Positions 20,523 to 30,200 of a stretch of 64,000 nucleotides of DNA are shown piece after piece. The DNA lies in assembly GCA_964572485.1 (NCBI GenBank), contig CAZNGA010000003.1, positions 9,591 through 73,590 on the forward strand. The letters are read 5' to 3'. Numbering within the stretch: position 1 is the stretch's first letter; every line of letters begins with the position of its first letter. The DNA comes from an uncultured Chitinophagales bacterium (GTDB lineage: Bacteria > Bacteroidota > Bacteroidia > Chitinophagales > CAZNGA01). The notes under the pieces are model-generated. The model did not search any database, was not told the DNA's origin, and worked only from the letters and a program-made list of their open reading frames with translations. The translations under genes and the position numbers were made by a program.

Positions 20523-20581
20523 GATTTGGTGATTTGGGATCGGGTGATTGGAAGATTTGTGGATTGGAGATTTGGAGATTG
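20523..20581. repeat. eight head-to-tail 7-8 nt GATTKGR units
   Basis: The tract reads GATTTGGT GATTTGG GATCGGGT GATTGGAA GATTTGTG GATTGGA GATTTGGA GATTG. It lies in the divergent spacer between the LytTR response regulator and the CRTAC1-like gene. Confidence 0.75.
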
Positions 20582-20639
20582 TCTTCAATCAATAAATTCC
20601 TTATTATTGTAAAACTATTTAACATGAATTGCAATATTT

Positions 20640-22949
20640 ATGAAAAAGTTATTTGCCTCTATAATCATTATTCTGATCACATGTGATCTTTTTGCAGTAA
20701 CTGACTCCCTCTACCACTACGATCCTTTTGGCGGATCTACCGCATATGGAGGATATACGTTGCAGGTAGCAAGGTTTGACCCTGTCGCTCCTTGCACACT
20801 TAAAAGTTTGGCTATCATTTTTACTGGGCTCAGTGGTACCGCAACCGTACATATTTTTGGCCATGAAGCCGGCTCAACGATTCCATCGTTGCAATTAGAT
20901 CTTATTACTCCTATCGTTGTTACTAAAACGAAATCAGGAACCCAAAGGATAATGGTAGAGCTTCCCACCCCTGTATATCTTCCGAACAACCAGTTCTATG
21001 TAGGATTTTCAGATATGACCAATAATATAAAGCCTTCTTCAGACAATAAAACAAGATCTCCCTCATGCAGTTCAACCAGTGGCGGTGACTATTATTACCA
21101 ATATTTATATGATGGCAGTTCTTGGTTCTATGCAAATAAAGCCTTTAAGATCAAGGCAGTTGTTGAATATGATATAACAACCTCCCCAATGTACTTTAAA
21201 GATGTAACCGCTTCTTCAGGCATAGATACGAACTTGTCCAATGTGACTATGGCATGGGGAGATTTCAATAATGACGACCACCTAGACCTTTTAGTTGCCG
21301 GTAAACTTTATAAAAGTGACCAGGATGGGACTTTTACGGATATCTCTACCTCTTCCGGTATAGCCGCATCTCCTTCACCTCAAGGAAATGCATTTATCGA
21401 TATGGATAATGATGGGCTACTGGATGTTGTTTTCGTTTTAAGCACAGATACCATTACTATTTTCGAAAATAATGGGGACGAAACTTTTACAGAGCATATT
21501 ATCCCTGACCCTTCAGGGTATTTGCAATTTGCCGGATTCAACAGTTTCTCTTTCGCTGATATTAATTTTGATCAATATCCTGACTTTTTTATCAGCCGAC
21601 TTTGGACCCCATATCCTGATCCAATGCCTAACCATTTTTTCTTTAATGATCAAAGTTATGGCTTAATTGATACCACAAGGATGATCTACCCTCTTTCATG
21701 GACAAATAGAAGAAGCAGGGGATCATTTTGGGTAGATTTTGATGATGATGCCGACATGGACCTTTTTGTCGTAAATTATTATCTGGAGCGTGATGAACTT
21801 TGGCAAAACAATGGGAATGGTACCTTTACAAATATCACCAATAGTAAAGGTATTGATATAAATGCGACTTCTTCAAATCATGGCACCGGAGTAGATTGGG
21901 CGGATTATGATAATGACGGTGATATGGATCTGCTACTCCCCCAATTTGCGCACCCACAATGGTCAATGTTTGAGCCCACAGGATATGACCATCGCCCCAC
22001 AACCATTTACAGGAATGATGGGCCACCAAATTATAATTTTACAGACATGAAAGATACTCATGGGATTGCGTATGAAGAGACTCACGCAGGGGGTACCTGG
22101 GGAGATGTAAATAATGATGGGTTGGTTGATATTTACATGTCTACCTATTATGGTTGTCGTTATGTGGACTTCTATTTGCAGAAAGCTGACCATACATTTG
22201 AAATGAAAACATTCGAATATGGATTGGATAAGATCGTAACAGGTCAGGATGGTGCATGGGTTGATTATGATAATGACGGCAAGCTAGATCTCACTGCCGG
22301 AGATGGTGGCAAGATCGTTTTATTTAAGAACGACGCTGACTATGGTGGTAATTTTGTAGAGTTTGAATTGGTAAGTACTTCCGGAAATCACTTTGCCATT
22401 GGTGCCCGCATCATTGTGTACTCAAACGGGAATCAATACTTGCAGGAAGTAAATGCAGGCAGGGGGCAAAGAATGCAGGAGCCGGGACGTATGCATTTCG
22501 GCTTAGGACTTAATACAACTATTGACTCAGTCACTGTCAGGTGGCCAAATGGCACCCAAAATAGAGAAGTATATACAGGGCTGGAAGGCAACAACATTTA
22601 TCGCCTAACAGAAGGTGGCCTGAAGGAGATCCTCTTTACAGTGGATGTTCCTGTGTACACAAATGATATGATAGATGGCGATCACCCCATTTCAATATAC
22701 CCCAACCCTTCCACTGATAATATCAACATTGATTTTGAATTATCCTCTGATGCAAGGGTTCAATTAGAGATCTTCTCATTGTTATGTGAGCAGGTCAAGG
22801 AATTTATGAATGGCCTGCATGGTGCAGGGAGCTATCACTTCAATTGGGATATGAATGGTAAGAGTGGCAACAAGGTAAGCAATGGGATCTATTTTTATAA
22901 GCTTACTATTGAGAATCAAATTTATACCGGCAAGATCATTGCCATGTAA
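20640..22949 (+). CDS. CRTAC1/ASPIC-UnbV family FG-GAP/VCBS-repeat protein with type-A T9SS CTD
   Basis: Repeated DFNNDDHLDLLVAG, DMDNDGLLDV, DYDNDGDMDLLL and DYDNDGKLDL motifs. UnbV-like GARIIVYSNGNQYLQEVNAGRGQ. CTD is IYPNPSTDNINIDF...GIYFYKL...GKIIAM. Confidence 0.85.
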   Translation: MKKLFASIIIILITCDLFAVTDSLYHYDPFGGSTAYGGYTLQVARFDPVAPCTLKSLAIIFTGLSGTATVHIFGHEAGSTIPSLQLDLITPIVVTKTKSGTQRIMVELPTPVYLPNNQFYVGFSDMTNNIKPSSDNKTRSPSCSSTSGGDYYYQYLYDGSSWFYANKAFKIKAVVEYDITTSPMYFKDVTASSGIDTNLSNVTMAWGDFNNDDHLDLLVAGKLYKSDQDGTFTDISTSSGIAASPSPQGNAFIDMDNDGLLDVVFVLSTDTITIFENNGDETFTEHIIPDPSGYLQFAGFNSFSFADINFDQYPDFFISRLWTPYPDPMPNHFFFNDQSYGLIDTTRMIYPLSWTNRRSRGSFWVDFDDDADMDLFVVNYYLERDELWQNNGNGTFTNITNSKGIDINATSSNHGTGVDWADYDNDGDMDLLLPQFAHPQWSMFEPTGYDHRPTTIYRNDGPPNYNFTDMKDTHGIAYEETHAGGTWGDVNNDGLVDIYMSTYYGCRYVDFYLQKADHTFEMKTFEYGLDKIVTGQDGAWVDYDNDGKLDLTAGDGGKIVLFKNDADYGGNFVEFELVSTSGNHFAIGARIIVYSNGNQYLQEVNAGRGQRMQEPGRMHFGLGLNTTIDSVTVRWPNGTQNREVYTGLEGNNIYRLTEGGLKEILFTVDVPVYTNDMIDGDHPISIYPNPSTDNINIDFELSSDARVQLEIFSLLCEQVKEFMNGLHGAGSYHFNWDMNGKSGNKVSNGIYFYKLTIENQIYTGKIIAM

Positions 22950-22962
22950 CCTTACAAAAAAA

Positions 22963-22987
22963 GAGGGCATTTAAAAAAAATGCCCTC
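22963..22987. terminator. bidirectional hairpin between convergent genes
   Basis: GAGGGCA(TTT)...(AAA)TGCCCTC stem flanked by A/T runs. It sits between the stops at 22949 (+) and 23048 (-). Confidence 0.6.
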
Positions 22988-23047
22988 ATATAGCCCAAGA
23001 TAGTACGAATATCAGGCAGGCTTCATCGGCCTACCCCCAACTTAATA

Positions 23048-26000
23048 TTATTTTGAAGCAGCTGCCCCAGCGAAGGGTGAGTTGCTGATAATTATTTTCT
23101 TCTGGAAAAGGACTGATTCACCTGAAAGAACAACATAATACAATCCTGATGGCAAACTGTTGCCAATAATAATGTCTTCCATGAAATTTTCACTGGTTAT
23201 TTTTACATTTTTGCTATACACTTCACGTCCCAGGAAGTCCAATATCGAGATCTTCATTTTGTTATCTTGTTGGCCCCAAATACTCACAAAGAACCTCCCC
23301 TCCACTACAGGATTAGGATACACTTTTACTTTCGTATAAGCGATCTTCAAAAAGGTTACTGAAACTATGTCAGAATAACTTGATTGCCCATCAATATCCA
23401 CTTGTAACAAGCGATAATATGATACTCCTTCGTGAGGATGTTCATCAGTAATACCATAATTTTGATTCGTGTAACTGTTTCCATATCCCTTTACTATAGT
23501 CAATGGATAAAAGCTATAACCATCCACACTCCTTTCTACCACAAAATGATCGTTGTTGATCTCAAAAGCGGTTGCCCAGGTCACATCCACCATCTCACCA
23601 TTTATTTCAGCATCAAAGCTTATCAATTCAATTGGAAGAGGAATACCGGTGCCGCCTGTGAATGCCAACACACCAGGGAAAGGTTCAGATATCCCCACCG
23701 CTGTATAGAATATATTTGCTGCATCATCTACTGCTTCATGGCTAGCCCATGTACTTCCATCCCAGATCTGTGAAGTCATTCCTGTCTCTGAACCAACTAT
23801 ATCAGCTGACACATAAGTATAGTTCACATTAAAGTTCATAGATAACAGGCCACTCCAGGTCATTGTCCAATACCTGGTAATATAATCAGCAGTACTCATA
23901 TTGGGATGCTTCCCATCCGTGATATTCACTGCAACACCATCACCGCCAAAGAAAGTTGCGGAATTCAGTTCAAAGGTAAATGGGGAGTAATTGGTTCCAT
24001 CTCCTACAGGAAATGTAAATGAACCTGTATCACTAAACTCTTTCACCATTGCTCCGCTGCCATCTGCCTGTACATAGCTGGATGAACTACCTCCTGTGGT
24101 CAGGCCATTATCCTTCATAGTAAGATTGTAATTTCCTAATACAATATCTCTTTCAATTAAAGTTAATTCAGTTGCTGATACATTGGAAGCTAATGGAAGA
24201 TCAGAACCTTGTTTATCCACCGTTATGTTATAATAAGTACCATCGTTTGGACCTTTTATTGCCTGTGAGTTATTACCATTATATTCAACGATATTTCCGG
24301 TAGCAGAAGCTACCAATTTTCCTGTGTTTAGCAGGTCTCTTTCAACGATCAATGAAGAGTTCACCTCATTGATCCAGAATGCATTCGCATCTTCTCCAAT
24401 AATATGCTCTTCAAAAACAATGTTTCCAAAATTTGTAATTGTGAAAGCACCCTTAAAAGTAAGGTCACTTTTTTTAATGATAAGGTATGCACCTGATGGT
24501 ATCGTCTTATTGCCATTAGTGATCCAAACACCATTATCATTCTGTATCCGTCCTATTCCATCTAATATTGAGCCTGACCCACTAAGAGTAAGCACATTAT
24601 CCCCTTTGATCTTTCCATCCACAATCAGGTCTCCCTGCACATCCATGGTCTTACTTTTTATATCAAGCTCTCCACCTGACATTATGATCAGGTTTAAGAT
24701 AGTAGTATTTGATTCCAGTTCTATATCATGATTAGCGCTGATCTTTACACTATTACCAGCCAAAGGGACACAATCGCAGTTCCATGTTTCGGGATCATCC
24801 CATTTACCTGATTTTATGCTTAAGATCGGAACATATATATTGATGCTTTGGTCAACACTTGCGGCTGCGCCACAACCATTGGAGCCGATCACACTCACTT
24901 CTCCAATTCCCGCTGATCCCCAATCTACTGTTATCTCATAGGTCCCTTGTCCGGCAGATATTGTCCCACCAGTAACTGTCCAGGTATAAGTATTCCCGGA
25001 GATATCTATAACATTATATATATCTCCTATAGAGTTTTCCGGTACATTGAAAGAGCCATAAATTATTGATGTTGCAATTGGATGAATACCCACAGCGAAA
25101 TCCACAGGAGTGGCACTCATACAGCTATTACTTTCTACTAAACGGACATTCCCTTCCATCCCTACAGCCCCCCAATCAATGGTTATACTATTTGTTCCCT
25201 GCCCGGAAATTATACTCCCTCCGGTGGCTGTCCATACATAACTATTACCGGGGGTATTTGTTACAGAATATATGCTTCCGCTAGTGTTCTTACATAAGCT
25301 ATCTGTTCCTGAAATAGTTGAAGTCGCTGGCCCGGAACAATTTGTAGTATCCCCTAAAGCAAATTGCCCTAAAATACTCATGCTTGTTCGGTAAGCAATA
25401 GGTGAAATAGCGATGCCATGATTACCGTTGGCTATCCATGGATCAGCGATCAATCCTCTGTAAAGAATTCTGGTTGAACCATCCATGGTAAATGAACTTA
25501 ATCCGGTGCTTGTGATTGCCATATCATATGTGGTACCTGCGAAAGAGTTGGCTTCGGTAAACTCCCAAAAACCTTCAGTAAATGTATTGTGTACTGTTTC
25601 GGCTCCATCAACAAGTGGGAATCCGTTAGTACCCGGATCGAATTCAATGAACTCTGCGATTATAGAACCTCCTGTCAATGCGCTGAAATTAAGTTTCACA
25701 TTTAATGCATAGTCATCGGTACCTACCGGGAATTCATAGGAAGAACCAGTTGTGTTTACCCATCTTTCAAATTGGCCTATAATTGTTCCGGCAGTGTGTA
25801 CCAAGCTCCCTTCATCTAGCAGACTTTCTCCTAATATCAATTTATTGGAGCCTGGATCTATATTACCCCTGATCATGGTAAGCGTATTTTCTACCGTATC
25901 AGATTGATTTAGTATTAACTTTCCTCCTGATTTATCAACAGTAAGATTATAAAAGCATTCTCCTGATATAGTCTCAAGGTTCTGATCTGTCGATCCGTTG

Positions 26001-26833
26001 AAAATAACGGTCCCTGTAGTTTCATTATTATAGGCCCTATTGATCCAATCCCCTGACAGCGAAAAAGTAAAAGTACCTAGATCGAAAATCCCACCATTTA
26101 TTGTAAAGTCACCGCTCACACTTAAATTAGCAAGAACAGTTTTAGTGCCGCTTGCTTCTACAATCAAGTGATAATAATTTCCAAGGGGGGTTTTAATATT
26201 TTGAGCAAGACTGCCATTGTATTTTACAGTATTGCCTGATGCGGAAGCATCAAGAATTCCTAACGGTAATAACGCACTGGCAACTGTTAATGAGCTATTG
26301 ACTTCATTTACCCACTTTGAAGTTCCATCTTCACCATGCAATGTATCACCAAGTGATACGATTCCATAATTATGAACAGTGATCCCACTTTTTATGGTTA
26401 TTGTTCCAAATGCTTTAGTGAGGTTCGCTGTGGATAGGATCGTTTTATCTCCTCCCTGAAACCATAGATCAGCTTCGTGAATAGTGCCATTACCATCAAT
26501 TGTGGTGTTGCTTCCATTCAATATGGTTGCCACACTTTTAAAACTCACGTGGTCACCATTAACCACATAGTTGCCATTGATTGTTAGCAATACTTTTCTA
26601 CTGAAAAGAATACCACCTGCATTAATTGTTAGATCATTAACAACAGTTGTATTTTGCATTCTCACCTGATGGCCTGCACCAATGATAATATCGTCCGTGG
26701 ACGTTGGGATACAACCACAATCCCAGGTATTTTTATTGTCCCAATTGCCACTGGTTATTGAAGTTATCGTAGCTGATTCAGCGACGAAGATCTGCAAAAA
26801 TAGAAATGCAGTAAGTAAATATACTTTCCTCAT
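23048..26833 (-). CDS. T9SS type-A CTD protein, tandem paralog A1 (two beta-helix-like modules + two Ig-like domains)
   Basis: 1261 aa with signal peptide MRKVYLLTAFLFLQIFVAESA.
- Module openers: SGNWDNKNTWDCGCIP (aa 28-43) and SGKWDDPETWNCDCVP (aa 675-690).
- Two Cys-bounded about 85-aa domains (aa about 499-668).
- Core: SYVQADGSG..FPVGD..YSPF..KHPN..ITRYW..DIVGSE..WDGSTW.
- LPIELISF...EINNDHFVVERS.DG...YYRL.QVD.DG.
- CTD: KVYPNPV...GLYYVVL...KKIIIS plus an 11-aa tail. Confidence 0.9.
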   Translation of the reverse strand: MRKVYLLTAFLFLQIFVAESATITSITSGNWDNKNTWDCGCIPTSTDDIIIGAGHQVRMQNTTVVNDLTINAGGILFSRKVLLTINGNYVVNGDHVSFKSVATILNGSNTTIDGNGTIHEADLWFQGGDKTILSTANLTKAFGTITIKSGITVHNYGIVSLGDTLHGEDGTSKWVNEVNSSLTVASALLPLGILDASASGNTVKYNGSLAQNIKTPLGNYYHLIVEASGTKTVLANLSVSGDFTINGGIFDLGTFTFSLSGDWINRAYNNETTGTVIFNGSTDQNLETISGECFYNLTVDKSGGKLILNQSDTVENTLTMIRGNIDPGSNKLILGESLLDEGSLVHTAGTIIGQFERWVNTTGSSYEFPVGTDDYALNVKLNFSALTGGSIIAEFIEFDPGTNGFPLVDGAETVHNTFTEGFWEFTEANSFAGTTYDMAITSTGLSSFTMDGSTRILYRGLIADPWIANGNHGIAISPIAYRTSMSILGQFALGDTTNCSGPATSTISGTDSLCKNTSGSIYSVTNTPGNSYVWTATGGSIISGQGTNSITIDWGAVGMEGNVRLVESNSCMSATPVDFAVGIHPIATSIIYGSFNVPENSIGDIYNVIDISGNTYTWTVTGGTISAGQGTYEITVDWGSAGIGEVSVIGSNGCGAAASVDQSINIYVPILSIKSGKWDDPETWNCDCVPLAGNSVKISANHDIELESNTTILNLIIMSGGELDIKSKTMDVQGDLIVDGKIKGDNVLTLSGSGSILDGIGRIQNDNGVWITNGNKTIPSGAYLIIKKSDLTFKGAFTITNFGNIVFEEHIIGEDANAFWINEVNSSLIVERDLLNTGKLVASATGNIVEYNGNNSQAIKGPNDGTYYNITVDKQGSDLPLASNVSATELTLIERDIVLGNYNLTMKDNGLTTGGSSSSYVQADGSGAMVKEFSDTGSFTFPVGDGTNYSPFTFELNSATFFGGDGVAVNITDGKHPNMSTADYITRYWTMTWSGLLSMNFNVNYTYVSADIVGSETGMTSQIWDGSTWASHEAVDDAANIFYTAVGISEPFPGVLAFTGGTGIPLPIELISFDAEINGEMVDVTWATAFEINNDHFVVERSVDGYSFYPLTIVKGYGNSYTNQNYGITDEHPHEGVSYYRLLQVDIDGQSSYSDIVSVTFLKIAYTKVKVYPNPVVEGRFFVSIWGQQDNKMKISILDFLGREVYSKNVKITSENFMEDIIIGNSLPSGLYYVVLSGESVLFQKKIIISNSPFAGAAASK

Positions 26834-26872
26834 AAAATAGTAATTTTATTAAGCACATAGTTTTATCTATAT

Positions 26873-26965
26873 AGTAATTACGTATGATTACCCTTAAAAG
26901 ACATATTTATTTGATAGAGATGGCTTATTAGCGGATAAGTGATCTAAAAATGGTGTTGAATGGGC
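26873..26965. promoter_or_regulatory. three-box upstream module of A1 (degenerate box1, 21/39 spacing)
   Basis: TTACGTATG core ending at 26886, a 21-nt gap, TATTTGAT (26908-26915), a 39-nt gap, then GTTGAATGGGC (26955-26965). Confidence 0.45.
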
Positions 26966-27171
26966 TATTTTAACCGATTAATGAGGTAAAATCGGTGATT
27001 CACAGCTATATAGGTTTTCTGCTCAATTTCGCAGGGTAAGATCAGTGTCTTTTAACCTTAAGCTTAAAGAAGTCGCAAAGTTCATTGGTTTAATCAATAG
27101 GGGTCTATAATGAATCATATCTGGATGCTAAGGTACTTAATCGACTGTGGCAATTACATCAGTTATAAAAA

Positions 27172-27204
27172 CTCTTCCTTTTCTTCTTTCCTTCTTCTCT
27201 TTTT
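27172..27204. repeat. 33-nt pure polypyrimidine (CT) tract
   Basis: CTCTTCCTTTTCTTCTTTCCTTCTTCTCTTTTT, in the spacer just downstream of the A2 stop. Confidence 0.7.
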
Positions 27205-27257
27205 ATAGAAAAAGCCCCTCAAAAATGAGAACCTTTAATAATTAGGATCAAAATTTA

Positions 27258-30200
27258 TTATTTATTCCCAACAAAGATATCCTCGCTATACGAATTCGTT
27301 AAGATGACCTTTTGTTTGAAGATATAATTATCACTGCTTGAAATGACGAAGTAAACTCCTGAAGGTAATTTACTTCCTACATCAATACCAGTCAATATAT
27401 TATCACTTTCCACCAACATCATTCTAGTAAACACTTCTCTACCTAAATGGTCAAGCAGTATGACTAACATCTCTTTATTTTGAAATCCCAAGATACCGAG
27501 ATTAAGTTTACCATCTACAACAGGATTAGGATACACTTTAACCATAGGTACAGGGATATCTGATAAAGTAACAGCAACAACATCTGAATAGCTTGCCCTT
27601 CCATCTTTATCAACCTGCATCAATCGATAATAAGAGGTGCCTTGAAGCGGATGGTTATCTGTCAAAGCATAATTGCTAGGCACATAACTATTACCAACTC
27701 CAAAAACCATACCTATACCGTAAAAATCCATACCATCTTGACTTCGTTCTACAATAAAATAGTCATTATTGATCTCAGTAGCCGTAGTCCAGGCAACATC
27801 CACAGCTTGTTCATTTACTTCTGCGTCAAAAGTTAAGAGTTCAATGGGAAGAGGGCTGCCACTTCCTCCAGTAAATTGCAATATACCTGGGAATGGAGCT
27901 GAGATACCACCGGAAGTTTGAAAAGTATTCGTCACTTCATCCACTACATCGTGAATTGTCCATGAACTTCCATCCCAGACATATGTGATCATCCCTATTT
28001 CAGTGCCAACAATATCTCCTGACACATACGTATAACTTACATCAAAATTCATAGATAATAAGCCACTCCAGGTCATCGTCCAATACCGCGAAATATAGTC
28101 AGCGGAAGTTATGGTAGGGTGTTTTGCATCAATTACCTTTATAGCTACCCCATCGCCACCAAAGAAAGTGGCTGAGTTTAAGTCAAAGGTAAATGGAGAA
28201 TAATTAGTTATATCTCCAATGGGGAAGGTAAATACTCCAGTATCGCTAAATTCTTTTATTACATAACCACTGCCATCAGCTTCAATATAAGATAAAGAGC
28301 TGCCTCCGGTTATATTCCCCTGATCCTTTATAGTAAGGTTGTTATTATCAAGAACCAAATTCCCACTTGAGAGATTCAATTCTGTTGTATTGATATCAGA
28401 GGTTAAAGTAAGATCATTGCCGGGTTTATCTACACTCAACCTATAATAAGTGTTCGCATTGGGTTGTTTAACACTTTGAGTTCCGCTACCTGAATAATTG
28501 ACCAAATTTCCTGAAGCTGAAGCGATTAGTTTTCCAGTAAGTAGAAATGCTCCTTTGATGTTTACAGAACTATTGACCTCATTGATCCATATTGAGTTCA
28601 CATTGGTACCTATAATATCTCCATATAGAAGGATGTTACCATAATTGGTAATCGTATATGCATCTTTAATAATGATCATTTTCCTTGTCTTTGTCAGATA
28701 AGCAGATGATAGGATCGTTTTATCGCCATCGGTAATTTCCAAATTACCTTTATTGGTTATTTTTCCAATACCATCAATTATTGTACCTGAACCGCTTAAT
28801 GTAAGGGTTGCTGAGCCTGAATATTCCCCATCAACTGTAAGATCCCCTTTCACATCCATGGTTTTACCTTCATCATCGATCTCTCCTCCGGCAACAATTT
28901 CCAGATGATTAACAACTGTTGCTGCTTTCAATTTAATTTTATGCTTTTTCATTACACGTACATTGCTACTTGCCGATGGCACACACTTGCAATTCCAAGT
29001 GGATACATCATTCCATTCTCCCGATTTGACGCTATTTATCGGTACATAAATATTGACATTTAAGCTTATTGTATCGGCCGTTCCGCAACCATTTGAGCCA
29101 TCAACTATTACCTTACCGGTTCCTGCTGCACCCCAGTCAACTGTAATACTATTGCTACCTTGCCCAGATACAATTGTGCCTAGCATCACGGTCCAATCAT
29201 ATGTGTAACCTGTAATTCCAGAGATACTGTAAACTTCTCCAGTCGTATTCTCTGTTACATTTTCTTTCCCTGTTATGGAAGATGTGGTAAATGGATGAAT
29301 ACTTACGGGCAAATTGACGGGTGAGCCATTTGTACAATTATTTGATTCTACCACCTCCACTTCGCCTATCATACCAATACCACCCCAGTCCACGGTAATG
29401 TTGTTGGTACCCTGGCCTGAAACAATTGTTCCGCCGGATACTGTCCATGCATAAGTAGACCCTAATGTATTGGTAACAGAGTAAGGTATACCCAGGGAAT
29501 TCTTACAAGTACTATCGATACCTGTAATCATTGAAGTTGACGGGCCTGCACAATTTGAAGTGTCCCCAAATGTCAGCTGCCCAATAGTTGTTAAACCGAT
29601 TCGAGATACAAATGGTGCGAGTACTGTCCCATGGGACCCATTAGCACTCCAAGGATCACTAGAAGAAGGCCTGAACAAGACCTTGGTAGACGAGTCAATT
29701 GGGAAACTGGAAAATCCAAAGCCACCCAAAGCCACATTATAATTATTACCTACAAAAGAATTCATTGGAGTCACTTCCCAATATCCTTCACTAAAAGTAT
29801 TGTTGAGCGTATCTGTTCCATCTACAACAGGTAGCCCATTATTGCCGGGAGCAAATTCGATGAATTCTACAATTATTGATCCGGATGACATTGAAGAAAA
29901 TCCTATTGACGTTTCTCTGGAATCGGTAGAGGTACCAATTGGGAATTGATAGGTAACCAAAGGACTTTTAATCCATCTCTCAAATTTCCCAATAATATTT
30001 CCTGATATATGAATCAAAGTTCCATCATTAATTGTATCTGTCCCAAGGACCAATTTCCCTGATCCCACATCGATATCACCACTATTCATAGTTAATAAAT
30101 TCTTAACCGTATCAGTGCAGCCCAGGGAGACTTTACCACTCAATTTCTCTACTCTTAGGTTATAATAGCTTTGTCCAAATAAGCATTTGACCACCTGATC

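Noticed and set aside
20523-20581. A possible CRISPR or minisatellite array.
   Set aside because: The unit length of 7-8 nt with no spacers is incompatible with CRISPR. There are no cas genes in the window. It is treated as a short tandem regulatory or slippage tract instead.
27205-27235. A possible terminator, GCCCCTCAAAAATGAGAACC, downstream of A2.
   Set aside because: Only a 4-bp CTCA/TGAG stem can form, which is too weak to call.
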